Assembly (NCBI GenBank): GCA_963784375.1
Contig: CAWAQY010000001.1
Span: 140,486 to 204,485, forward strand
Direction: 5' to 3'
Origin: an uncultured Chloroflexia bacterium
GTDB lineage: Bacteria > Chloroflexota > Dehalococcoidia > GIF9 > UBA5629
DNA length: 64,000 nucleotides
The position numbers were made by a program, and so were the translations under genes. This document shows, piece by piece, positions 1 to 9,691 of this stretch. The first letter of the stretch is position 1. Each line of letters begins with the position of its first letter. The notes under the pieces are model-generated. The model made no database searches and was not told where the DNA came from. It saw only the letters and a list, made by a program, of their open reading frames with translations.

Positions 1-1
1 G

Positions 2-133
2 CCCCCAGTCCTGGGGGAAGAAGAGTTTACCTGGGGGACACCCCCAGACCCTCGGCAGGAAGAATCCTGCACCTCGATTATTTTTGAGATTTATAGCGAA
101 CCTGGCTAATCTCTAAGCCCCCATTCATGGGGG
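2..133. repeat. Cluster of three short C5/G5 palindromic hairpins in non-coding DNA
   Basis: cccccag..ctggggg at 2-17, ctggggg-aca-cccccag at 31-47, cccccat-tc-atggggg at 118-133, read directly. The window starts inside this stretch. Confidence 0.5.
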
Positions 134-210
134 AAAGAGAGATTTAATGAGATTTCTCCATCTCCTTAGTCCTCTTCCGTCAAGGAAGAGGAAAATCAAA
201 AGGCGTATTG

Positions 211-318
211 AAGGGATTCTTCTCCCGATTGCTTCGAGATCAAGAACGACAGGACGATTTTGTCGTCCTGAACGTAGTGAAGGATCTCCGTCCCGCTTTG
301 ATTGGAATGACGAATGAT
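211..318. repeat. Copy 1 of a ~108-bp intergenic repeat with an internal hairpin (caggacga-ttttg-tcgtcctg)
   Basis: aagggattcttctcccgatt...gtcgtcctgaacgtagtgaaggatctccg... recurs 159 bp downstream with a few substitutions. No ORF. Confidence 0.8.
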
Positions 319-369
319 CTCGCGGGTCAGGGATTCTAGATATACCTAATAATGAAAATGGTGATTGGA

Positions 370-477
370 AAGGGATTCTTCTCCCGATTTCCTCGGAATC
401 AAGAATGACAGAACGATTTTGTCATCCTGAACGTAGTGAAGGATCTCCGTTCCTGCTATGATCGGGACGACGAACAG
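370..477. repeat. Copy 2 of the ~108-bp intergenic repeat
   Basis: Aligns base by base with 211-318 (for example gtcatcctgaacgtagtgaaggatctccg). The substitutions keep the hairpin (cagaacga/tcatcctg region). Confidence 0.8.
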
Positions 478-487
478 AGCTGACGGG

Positions 488-1234
488 TTAAATTACGCCG
501 CCGTCAACCGCAATGACCTGTCCCGTTATGTAACTGGAGCGTTCACTGGCAAGAAAAGCCACGATTTCCGCTATATCCTCCGGCTTTCCAAAACGCTTCA
601 AGGCAATTCGCGATAATATCGAATCTTTGATTTCCTGAGGCAGCTTATCAGTCATGTTCGTGGTAATAAAACCCGGGGCAATTGCGTTCACAGTGATATT
701 CAACGACCCGACCTCCCTGGCTATGCTTTTAGTAAAAGCGATGAGCCCGGCTTTTGCAGCAGAGTAATTTGCCTGTCCCTCATTGCCTATCACACCGGCC
801 AGCGAAGAAATATTGATTATCCGGCCCCATCCCTGCCCAGTCAGAGAACGCAGGACCATTTTGGTACAAAGGTAAGCCCCCTTGAGGTTGGTATTGATGA
901 CGTCATCCCAGTCTTTCTCCGGCATTCTGAGTAGAAGGTTATCCCTGGTTATCCCGGCATTATTTACCAGGATATCGATTTTGCCCCATCTGGCAACGAT
1001 TTCGCGAACCATTGTCTTCACAGCCTCAGAATCAGAGATATTGGCCTTAAAGAGGATAGCCTCACCGCCGGTGGCGGTAATTTCCTGCAGCACTTTATTG
1101 GCCTCGTTTTCGCTTGCCAGGTAATTGACCACCACCCTGGAACCGAGGCTGGCTAATTTCACTGCAATCGCTCTCCCCAGCCCGCGCGAGGCACCGGTTA
1201 CCAGGGAAACTTTACCTTCCAGCTCCTTCACCAT
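488..1234 (-). CDS. fabG: 3-oxoacyl-ACP reductase (SDR)
   Basis: TGASRGLG Rossmann motif, NNAG, YSAAKAG catalytic motif, 248 aa. Starts 8 nt after the fabF stop, in a FAS-II operon. Confidence 0.85.
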   Translation of the reverse strand: MVKELEGKVSLVTGASRGLGRAIAVKLASLGSRVVVNYLASENEANKVLQEITATGGEAILFKANISDSEAVKTMVREIVARWGKIDILVNNAGITRDNLLLRMPEKDWDDVINTNLKGAYLCTKMVLRSLTGQGWGRIINISSLAGVIGNEGQANYSAAKAGLIAFTKSIAREVGSLNITVNAIAPGFITTNMTDKLPQEIKDSILSRIALKRFGKPEDIAEIVAFLASERSSYITGQVIAVDGGVI

Positions 1235-1242
1235 TTCATTCC

Positions 1243-2503
1243 TTATTGATATTTCTTTATGACGATACAGCAGTTCTGTCCGCCCATACCAAAAGAATTG
1301 GAAAGGCAGACGTTGACCGCCTGGTGTCTTGCCTTATTGGGAACATAATCCAGATCGCAATCAGGATCGGGGGTCTCATAATGGATAGTCGGCGGAATTA
1401 TGCTCATCTTTGATAGTCATAACTGCGGCAACGGCCTCAACAGCGCCCGCTGCACAGGCCAGATGCCCTATCATTGATTTGTTGGAACTTATCGGGATCT
1501 TATAAGCCCGATCGCCAAATACTTTTTTGATGGCTGCTGTTTCGACAGCGTCATTGAGCTTGGTACTGGTACCGTGAGCATTGATATAATCAACATCCGC
1601 TGGTGAAACGCCGCTGTCGTCCAGTGCCCGTTTCATAGCCATTGCCTGCTGTTCGGCATCCGGAGCAGTATCGTTATAGGCATCGAATGACCAGCCGGCT
1701 CCAGCTAGCTCGGCCAGTATCGGCGCACCGCGTTTCTGGGCATGTTCCAGAGTCTCTAAAATCAACATGCCGGCACCTTCTCCATAGACAAAACCGCTTC
1801 TGTTAAGGTCAAAAGGACGGCTGGCTTTTTCGGGATCGGTCTCCCTGGTTAAAGCTCCAACCCGTCCCAGCGGAGCTACGGAAACCTGGCTAATTGTAGT
1901 CTCGGAGCCGCCGGCAATCATCACATCAGCATGGCCAAGGTGCAGGTGGGCCAGAGCTGTCCCCAGAGCATCGCTGCCTCCAGCACAGGCACTGTTGATA
2001 CTAGTATTCGGACCTTTAGCACCTATCTCCAGACCTAGCTGGGAGGGAACCATGCTCGGGGCTATCTTATTTATGAGAAGCGGATCAACCCTCGAAGGGC
2101 GGTTTTTAATGACATCTGCCTGATCAGCTATTGAATGAATCATGCCCGTGGTGGATATTACCACTCCAACTCTCTGTGCATCTATTTTCGATATTTCCAA
2201 TCCTGCCGCTTTTAACGCCATCCTGGCTGCGGCTATGGCAAAATGGGTGCAAAGGGCGCTGCGGTCTACACGTTTTATATCCATGTAGTTAGTAGCCTCA
2301 AAGCCTTTAACCTCTGCAGCCAACTTTACCAGGAAGAGGCCCGGGTCAAAAGTGGTTATCGGGCCAACTCCATTTTTCCCCTGGACAAGTCCCTGCCAGA
2401 AGTCCTCAACCGTCAGCCCCAACGGCGTTATAGCTCCAAGACCAGTAATTACTATTCTGGGTTTAGTAAAAGTTGCATTTCTTGTCATATTAACTTTACT
2501 CAT
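1243..2503 (-). CDS. fabF: Beta-ketoacyl-ACP synthase II, reading frame broken near 1395-1402
   Basis: The 375-aa ORF has the KAS active-site context ([22 protein letters not shown]). The missing C-terminus ([50 protein letters not shown]) is read in another frame down to the stop at 1243-1245. Total length would be about 420 aa. Confidence 0.85.
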
Positions 2504-3261
2504 TTCGGTAAAACAGGCGAGATGGAAAAACCGCCATCGATTACAATTATCTGTCCCCGGATCATTGACGAGTCGTCACTGCACAAAAACGCAACCAGGT
2601 TGGCGACATCTTCCGGTTGCAGCATCCTTCCTGCCGGTGTCGTCTTCCAGACAGGCATGGGGATAGTGGGATCTGCGGTGTAGAATTTGAGTGCTTCTGT
2701 TTCAACTGCCCCTGCTGCAATCCCATTCACACAAATTCCCCGTGGTGCAAGTTCAATTGCCAGATAGCGGGTGAGCGCTTCTAAAGCAGCTTTGGAGACA
2801 CCCACCGCAGAATATGCGGGCAAAGCCATGCGTGAACCAAGGCTGGATATGCTCACCATTTTGCCACCATTTTTCATCAGCAGGGCAGCTTTCTGGGCAC
2901 AAAGCAAAAAGGCACGGGCATTTATATTCATGGTCCAGTCCCAGCTTTTGCTATCCAACGCCATGGCATCTCTGGCCACTCCGGAAGCAGCGTTATTTAT
3001 AAGAATGTCCAGACTACCAAATTTTTGCTCGATTTCACTGAACATCCGGTCGATATCGGCAGTCTCTCCAACATTAGCTTTTATGGTAAGTGCTTTAACG
3101 CCTTTCGATTGGATTTCCTCAGCCGTGGCATCGGCAGTACTTCGTTTTCGGAAATAGTTGATGATGATGTCAGCGCCTTCAGAAGCAAGCTTGAGGCTTA
3201 TGGCATGCCCTATTCCCCTGGAGCCACCGGTTACCAGAGCTACCTTTCCTTTTAATGACAT
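2500..3261 (-). CDS. fabL: Enoyl-ACP reductase, FabL-like SDR
   Basis: Long collinear matches to remembered B. subtilis FabL: NNAASGV, WDWTMNINA, VGVSKAALEALTRYLA.EL, TPAGRM, MIRGQ.I.VDGG. 253 aa. Overlaps the fabF start by 4 nt. Confidence 0.6.
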   Translation of the reverse strand: MSLKGKVALVTGGSRGIGHAISLKLASEGADIIINYFRKRSTADATAEEIQSKGVKALTIKANVGETADIDRMFSEIEQKFGSLDILINNAASGVARDAMALDSKSWDWTMNINARAFLLCAQKAALLMKNGGKMVSISSLGSRMALPAYSAVGVSKAALEALTRYLAIELAPRGICVNGIAAGAVETEALKFYTADPTIPMPVWKTTPAGRMLQPEDVANLVAFLCSDDSSMIRGQIIVIDGGFSISPVLPK

Positions 3262-3289
3262 AAATAGGCCTGACCTTAAAGTGAATTAT

Positions 3290-3529
3290 TTAGCCTTTTT
3301 TGGATATTTTCCCTTCTATGTAGGCAATGAACTCCTTAATATTAGCGATCTTCTGCATCTCTTCATCAACGAGTTCAATACCATAGGTATCCTCAATTTT
3401 AACCATCATCTGAACCACGTCAAGGGAATCCGCACCCATATCCTTAAATGTCATTCCCTCTTTGAAAGCCAGGTCCGTCTTATGCAAAATCTGGGAGGCA
3501 ATCTGTTTGATGGTTTCTTCAACTGTCAT
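3290..3529 (-). CDS. acpP: Acyl carrier protein
   Basis: 79 aa, GADSLD phosphopantetheine-attachment motif, acidic helix II, operon context. Confidence 0.85.
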   Translation of the reverse strand: MTVEETIKQIASQILHKTDLAFKEGMTFKDMGADSLDVVQMMVKIEDTYGIELVDEEMQKIANIKEFIAYIEGKISKKG

Positions 3530-3576
3530 CGGGTTATTCTCCTTTTGAAATTTAGATTCTAGATTTATCTTCGTTA

Positions 3577-3999
3577 TTATACCTTATTGTCGTCGCCTGG
3601 AATTTTAACTTGTGCATCTCCTATAATCACAGTTTCATCTTTCTGATTGCTGCATTTCAACTGGCAAGTTACCATGGTTGTACCATGGTCTTTCACTACA
3701 CTATCTATTTTCCCGGTGATAGTTACTATATCTCCGGGACGGGCTGGTGTCTTGAACCTGATCCCCATCTTGCCGCTGTTTAGCCAATTCCGACCGAAAG
3801 CTCCGGTCATCGTTTGGGAAACATAGCTCAGGATAAGCATACCGTGGGCAATAGTTCCTCCCAACGGTGTTTTCCTGGCAAAATCAAGGTCGATATGTAT
3901 TGGATTGAAATCCTTACTCGCCCGAGCATATCGGTTAATATTCTCCTGTGTAATTACCTTGCTAACCGAGGGTAAATCTTCTCCCTGTATCAGATCCAT
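3577..3999 (-). CDS. MaoC-like hotdog (3R)-hydroxyacyl dehydratase, catalytic subunit (HadB-like)
   Basis: Hydratase-2 motif S-K-D-F-N-P-I-H-x5-A (SKDFNPIHIDLDFA) with the catalytic D and H. 140 aa single hotdog. Confidence 0.7.
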   Translation of the reverse strand: MDLIQGEDLPSVSKVITQENINRYARASKDFNPIHIDLDFARKTPLGGTIAHGMLILSYVSQTMTGAFGRNWLNSGKMGIRFKTPARPGDIVTITGKIDSVVKDHGTTMVTCQLKCSNQKDETVIIGDAQVKIPGDDNKV

Positions 4000-4019
4000 C
4001 TTTATTCTCTGCGATTTTT

Positions 4020-4445
4020 TTAAGCTGCTCCGGGAGCAGTAGGCTCGGGCAGTATGAATTCTGTTTTTCCAGTAACTACCCCTTGCGCGTCCTTATCTAA
4101 GGCACGAAACTCAATGGCCAGCAAATTAAGCGGGCCGCGTTTTTGTTTTTTAATTACCTTTGCCTGGCTGGTAATTGTATCATCCACATGTACTTCTTTT
4201 AGAAACTCGACTTCCTGCGACACGTGGATAGCACCATAAGGAAACGAAACGCTTTGCGAAAGAGCAGCTATGGCTAAGGTTATGACAGCCATCGGTGGTA
4301 CCAGAAGAGTATTCCGATAAAGTGTACTGGTTTCTTCAACAGCTTCGATATAATCCCTTACCAGAGCAGCTTCCAGTTTGAAAATTGTGGGGTGGAAGGT
4401 ATACCCTTCATAGAGTTGGCTAAAGTCGATTTGCTGGTTTTTCAT
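4020..4445 (-). CDS. Hotdog-fold protein without the hydratase motif; probable non-catalytic partner (HadA/HadC-like)
   Basis: 141 aa, directly upstream of the catalytic MaoC gene. Size and hydrophobic pattern fit the MaoC N-terminal-like fold, with no D-x4-H motif. Confidence 0.5.
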   Translation of the reverse strand: MKNQQIDFSQLYEGYTFHPTIFKLEAALVRDYIEAVEETSTLYRNTLLVPPMAVITLAIAALSQSVSFPYGAIHVSQEVEFLKEVHVDDTITSQAKVIKKQKRGPLNLLAIEFRALDKDAQGVVTGKTEFILPEPTAPGAA

Positions 4446-4523
4446 GCCCTGGTGTCAGGATTCTAAATCATTCAGGTTAAGCTGCTTGTTAGAGAATAAC
4501 TCGTAATGCCAGGTTAGCAGCAA

Positions 4524-4552
4524 ATAATAGTATGATGGTTTATCTTTGTCAA
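4524..4552 (-). promoter_or_regulatory. Sigma70-like promoter of the FAS-II operon
   Basis: Minus strand reads TTGACA (4552-4547) - 17 nt - TATTAT (4529-4524), about 80 nt upstream of the first hotdog gene. Confidence 0.55.
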
Positions 4553-4583
4553 CAATTGAAGACCTGTGAATAAGAAAAAGGTG

Positions 4584-4612
4584 TTGACACACGGATGCGA
4601 CGGGTATATCTT
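4584..4612 (+). promoter_or_regulatory. Sigma70-like promoter of the molybdoenzyme gene
   Basis: TTGACA 4584-4589, 17-nt spacer, TATCTT 4607-4612. Leaves a leader of about 170 nt before the ATG at 4788 (RBS aaggagg). Confidence 0.45.
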
Positions 4613-4787
4613 AGTGTCACGCTCAAAAAAAGATAAGGATCAACTCACTACGGGTTGAATTGGCAAATCCCGGTGAGGAAATAAATATCCTGAAGCTTCG
4701 ACCGACCTTATGAAACTATCTCTGGTTTGAAGTTTGAACGAGGTCTCTTAGAAGAAGAGAAGAAAGGGAAAGCACAAGGAGGTAACG

Positions 4788-7410
4788 ATGGCGCAGAAAG
4801 ATAGGACTAAAAAAGGCCAGGAAACGCTGGTGAAAAGCACCGGTCTTATGAATTTCGGTGAATGTTCTAATATGGCTGCGGTCGATGTGAAGGGTGGCAA
4901 GATAGTAAGGTTTAGACCGTTTCCCTATGACTGGAAATATAAGCCCGAGGAATTTGAACCATGGGAGATAAAAGCGCGTGGTCAGTTTTTTAAAGCTCCG
5001 CTTAAGTCGATACTGTCCCCATTTACTCTGGGATATAAAAAGCGTATTTATTCTCCCAACAGAATTTTATACCCTCTAAAAAGGGTGGATTGGGACCCGG
5101 ACGGAGAAAGGAATACTCAGAACAGGGGTATTAGCAAATATGTGAGGATATCCTGGGATGAGGCGACGGATATCATCGCCAGGGAAATTAAAAGGATGAT
5201 TAAGCAGTACGGTCCCGAGGCGGTGCTTCTGCAGGCGGACGGGCATGGTGAAGAAAAAGTAGTGCACTCTTCCCACGGATGCTCCATCCGACTCATGAAG
5301 CTTTTAGGAGGTTTTACGCAGCAGGTCAGAAATCCAGATAGCTGGGAGGGGTGGTATTTCGGTGCCAAGCATGTCTGGGGCATGGAACCATGGGGTCTGA
5401 TGACGGCTCACCAGACCAACCTGTATACGGATATTGCTAAAAACACGGATATGATTCTGTGCTGGAGTTGCGACCCGGAGACCACATCAAAGGCATATGC
5501 CGGTGGGGGGCAGATGGTGAGCCGACTGTGTTACTGGTATTCCCAACTCGGAATTAAAACGATTTATGTCTGTCCGGATTTGAACTATGGAGCAGCTGTT
5601 CACGCTGATAAATGGATACCCATACTCCCAAATGCCGACGCGGCGATGCAGCTTGCCATAGCTTTTACCTGGATTATCGAGGATATCTATGATAAAGATT
5701 ATCTGGCTACGCACTCGGTTGGATTTGAAAAATTTAAGGAATACGTTTTAGGTAAGGAAGATGGGATACCCAAGACTCCAAAATGGGCAGAGGGTAAATG
5801 CGGAGTGCCGTCCCGAATAATCAAGGCCCTGGCAAGAGAATGGGCATCTAAGGCCACCACGTTACAGCATGGTTCAGGGGGACCCTTTGTTCGGGGAGCT
5901 TTCTCACATGAACCCGGCAGACTTGAGATTCTTCTGATGGCGATGCAGGGACTGGGGAAGCCTGGAGCTAACCACCTCACTCACGAATTTTCATTTGTTG
6001 CCTGCAGGTTCCTTAATCACCTGGTACATTCGATGACGCCCGGTGCTATTGTCAGGCCTTTCCCGCATCGAGCATATCGCGGGTACGAGCCCGGTAATCC
6101 CCTGGCCAAGCAAATTATCCCCAAGACCATGATTCACGACGCTATATTGAAGGGACATTTCGAGATTTACGGAAGTTCACACCAAAATGCTCCAACTGAA
6201 GACCAATTTAAGAAATATGTTTACCCCGTACCCGGCTGCTCGGAAGTACACATGCTGTGGACCGATACTCCCTGTCTGACAACGTGCTGGAATGATAGCA
6301 ATAGCATAACTGAGGCCTACCGCAGCCCCAAGATCGAATTTATGCTGGCTCAACACCCCTGGTTGGAGAACGATTGTATCTTCGCTGATATCATCTTGCC
6401 CGTCAATACCAAATTTGAGGAAGATGATATCGGAGCCGATACAGTCAGCATTCATTTCGATACAATTTTCCTTTCGGACAAGTGCGTCGAACCCATAGGT
6501 GAGTCGAAGAGCGATTATGAGGCAGTATGCGCTATAGCCGAGAAGATGGGCCTGTTGAAAGAATATACCGAGGGTAAGTCTATCGAGGAATGGATAAAAA
6601 CAGGCTTCGATAGTTCAGGTGTGCCGGAAGCAGGTCTGACTAACTGGGAAAAATTGAAGGAAAAACGGTATTACGTTATCCCCACTGATCCGGACTGGGA
6701 GAAATACCCGGCCGGTCTTTTGGAATTCCACGATAAACGCGGAAAAAGACCCTCTGCAGACACCGTCTGGAAAAATAGAGTTCTACTCCGAACGATTGGC
6801 TCAACATTTTCCTGATGATAAGGAGAGACCCCCGGTTCCCCACTGGATTGAAAAAAGCGAAAGTCACGACGAGAGGATATCCAGTGAGAGGGCTATTAAA
6901 TATCCGTTGCTCTGTATGTCCAACCACCCTCACTGGAGGGTTCATGCCCAACTCGATGACGTAAACTGGTTCCGTGAAGTTGATACATGCAAGGTCAAGG
7001 GCCCCGACGGATACCTTTATGAGCCTGCCTGGATTAATCCCCTGGATGCAGAAAGGAGAGGGATTAAAAACGGGGATATTGTGAAAGTATTCAACGAGCG
7101 CGGTGCTGTCCTGTGTGGAGCCTACGTGGCAGAGAGAGTAATGAATGGTGTGGTGGGTATTGAGCATGGAGCGAGGTATGACCCAATAGTTGTGGGAGAG
7201 TTGGACAGGGGCGGCGCTATCAATACCATTACCCCGCATAATATTACTTCTAAGAACTGTGCCGGAATGGTTACAAATGGGTTTCTGATAGAGGTCGAAA
7301 AGGTAAACCTCGACGAATTGAGGGAAAAATACCCTGATGCCTTTAACAGGCCGTATGATAGCGCATCAGGGTTGACACTGGAACGAATAATGTATAAGGG
7401 AGAAAAATAA
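4788..7410 (+). CDS. Molybdopterin (DMSO-reductase family) oxidoreductase, pyrogallol hydroxytransferase large-subunit-like; frame broken at the A5 run 6743-6747
   Basis: Collinear with remembered Pelobacter AthL: ISWDEATDI, NPDSWEGW, SCDPETT, YDKDY..GFE.F.EYVLGK.DG.PKT..WAE...GVP...I.ALAREWA, KYPL...S.HP, IDAE.RGIKNGD. Joined length of about 874 aa matches AthL. The second ORF continues as PLQTPSGKIEFYSERLAQHF. Confidence 0.7.
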
Positions 7411-7413
7411 TCG

Positions 7414-8730
7414 TCAATTCTTTTTGATTTTTATTACCAGCACCGAACTGACAATCAGGAACAGGATGTTCATCTCAAAAATAACCTGATACCCGAAATT
7501 ATTACCAAAGGTATTGAACAGGTCGATCAAAGGACCGGCAAGGGCTGCAAATGCGCAGGCACCGGCTGTTGCCAGGTTGGTAAGGCCAAGGTATTTTGCC
7601 TCCTCCCCTTCAGCAAGCAATTCTGTAGCCATAGCCCAGTTGGTACTCATAAAACAACCATTGGCAATGCCCAGAAATACACCGGCGAGAATAATCGCAT
7701 AATAGCTATGAAAGCAGAGCATAATAACAAACCCGACGGCAGCCAGCACTCCGGAAGCTATTAAAATGAGCTTTCTGCCAAACTTATCCGAAAAGTGCCC
7801 GGCAGGATATATCACTACCAGAAGGGAAATACCAACAGCCATCATAAGGTCAGAAGCGGCTGCTACCGGATCAGATAACCCCGCGACATCTCTGAGATAG
7901 TACATGCCAAAAGTCCTTAGTATGATTAACGGCATAAGGAATAGAAAGCGGGATAGTAAAAAGAAAAGGAAACTTGAGCTCAGATTACTATCGATGCTCA
8001 ACGTATTCCTCATAGTTTGCAGGAGGGAAAATGGCGTATTCCGGGAAAACGGCTTTTCCTTAACCAGTACTACAGTGGCTATCATGGAACTCGCAATAAC
8101 AGCAGCTATTATTCCCAGAGTTAAGAATAGTTTGACATTGGCTTCTCCGGCAAAACGCTGACTTAAGAAATATCCCGCTATTCCCAGCCCTGCAACAGCC
8201 CCTAAAGTCTCCAGTATTCCCTTTACCGCAGAAGCAGTGCCGCGTTTTCTTGCAGGTACCAGATCGGGTATAAATCCCTGCCAGGGACCATGAGCAAAAT
8301 TGCTGCTCACCTGCAATAGACAATAAATAATCAGGATAAAGATGATTCCATCAGCCAGCCCAAGAAGCATCAGGAGAATTATGGCTGCAAGCGAACCTGT
8401 CAGAATATAAGGACGTCTTCTTCCCCAACCAAAACCTGAATGGTCGCTGACTGCTCCCGCCACAGGTTGAACTACGATGGCCAGAATTAGTCCAACAAAG
8501 GTGATTAAACCAAGGTTAGTGTTTTTCTCAGACTCGGAAACAAAATTTAACATCAGAAGCGGCATGATAATGGCACTCATTGGAGTCCATAAAGTATTGA
8601 GGGCAAAGCCAAATAATGCAATCTTTATTGAGTTAAAAATCCCAAACCGAGTGGACCTGGAGGAAATCTCATTGCTAACTAAAGACACCATATCTGATTG
8701 AAGAATAACAGACGTACACGTTCGATACAA
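7414..8730 (-). CDS. MFS transporter
   Basis: About 12 predicted TM segments and a GRRRPYIL loop motif. Start uncertain: TTG at 8730 or ATG at 8691. Confidence 0.75.
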   Translation of the reverse strand: MYRTCTSVILQSDMVSLVSNEISSRSTRFGIFNSIKIALFGFALNTLWTPMSAIIMPLLMLNFVSESEKNTNLGLITFVGLILAIVVQPVAGAVSDHSGFGWGRRRPYILTGSLAAIILLMLLGLADGIIFILIIYCLLQVSSNFAHGPWQGFIPDLVPARKRGTASAVKGILETLGAVAGLGIAGYFLSQRFAGEANVKLFLTLGIIAAVIASSMIATVVLVKEKPFSRNTPFSLLQTMRNTLSIDSNLSSSFLFFLLSRFLFLMPLIILRTFGMYYLRDVAGLSDPVAAASDLMMAVGISLLVVIYPAGHFSDKFGRKLILIASGVLAAVGFVIMLCFHSYYAIILAGVFLGIANGCFMSTNWAMATELLAEGEEAKYLGLTNLATAGACAFAALAGPLIDLFNTFGNNFGYQVIFEMNILFLIVSSVLVIKIKKN

Positions 8731-8900
8731 ATAAGACAGAATGTAAAAATGGAAACAGACAAACTGGTTTAATAACTCTCCACTAAGTAATTGACACCAG
8801 CGCGAACTAACTATTAAAATGTGTCGACTTTCATCAGTTCCAATTAAGTAATTTCACCTCAATCTAATTCAAATACAAAACTGTAATACGGAGGGAAGCA

Positions 8901-9647
8901 ATGGCAGTAAATAAGATTTTAAAAAGTTTCGATGAAGCCGTAGCAGATATCCCTGATGGCGCTACTATTTTAATCGGAAATTTTGCCGGCCCAGGGGGTA
9001 CCCCTTTCTATTTGATTCAGGCATTGCGGAAAAAGGGCTCCCGTAATTTAACTGTTGTGGCAAACACCGCAGGCGGTATAGGGCTGACATTGGACTATGA
9101 TGATCACCGGATTCTTTTTGAAAACAAACAGGTTAAAAAAGTTATTGCCAGTTTCCCCTTTTCTGCATCCGCTTCAAAGCCTACCGCCGCCGAAAAACAG
9201 ATCCTGGCTAAAGAAGTGCAATTGGATTTGGTACCTCAAGGAACTCTCGCTGAGAGGATAAGATGCGGTGCGGCAGGTATTCCAGCCTTTTACACCGCAA
9301 CGGGATATGGAACAGTAATCGCCGATGGGAAGGAAACAAGAGAATTCGATGGCAAACATTATGTAATGGAACGGGCTATTAAGGCAGATTATGCACTGGT
9401 AAGAGCTTATAAAGCCGATACTAAAGGCAATTTAATCTTCAGGGGAACGATGAGGCAATTCAATCCAATAATGGCTATGAATGCCAGGGTTACCATCGCA
9501 GAAGTTGACGAAATAGTAGAAGCAGGAGGGATCGATCCTGAAGCAGTAGTTGTTCCGGGGATTTTTGTGAAGAGGATCGTCAAAATCGTGCAACCTTTAT
9601 CTTTCCCGCGTAATCTGAATCGTAATTTTTGGGTAAAAACTGCCTGA
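8901..9647 (+). CDS. 3-oxoacid CoA-transferase subunit A
   Basis: N-terminus DEAVADIPDGATILIGNF...GTP..L and family I CoA-transferase A pattern; followed by subunit B. Confidence 0.85.
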   Translation: MAVNKILKSFDEAVADIPDGATILIGNFAGPGGTPFYLIQALRKKGSRNLTVVANTAGGIGLTLDYDDHRILFENKQVKKVIASFPFSASASKPTAAEKQILAKEVQLDLVPQGTLAERIRCGAAGIPAFYTATGYGTVIADGKETREFDGKHYVMERAIKADYALVRAYKADTKGNLIFRGTMRQFNPIMAMNARVTIAEVDEIVEAGGIDPEAVVVPGIFVKRIVKIVQPLSFPRNLNRNFWVKTA

Positions 9648-9691
9648 ACTATGTACCATCGAGAAGTGAGAAAAAGCAAGGAGGCCTGTTA

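Noticed and set aside
2243-3562. Plus-strand ORFs nested opposite fabF, the FabL-like gene and acpP. Similar nested ORFs occur throughout the window (for example 5076-5980, 9743-10317, 35651-36751).
   Set aside because: They are antisense to genes with strong family signatures, have no RBS, and have skewed amino-acid composition.
4613-4787. Possible Moco (or other) riboswitch in the long leader of the molybdoenzyme gene
   Set aside because: I could not find the conserved Moco-motif elements I remember, nor a convincing multi-helix fold. It needs a covariance-model scan before any claim.
6743-6747. Programmed ribosomal frameshift or true pseudogene at individual broken genes (athL-like, ftsH, ispE and others)
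   Set aside because: The breaks are scattered across unrelated and essential genes, often at homopolymers. One compensating pair exists (58941-58997). No slippery heptamer or stimulatory structure is evident. Sequencing error is the more economical explanation.
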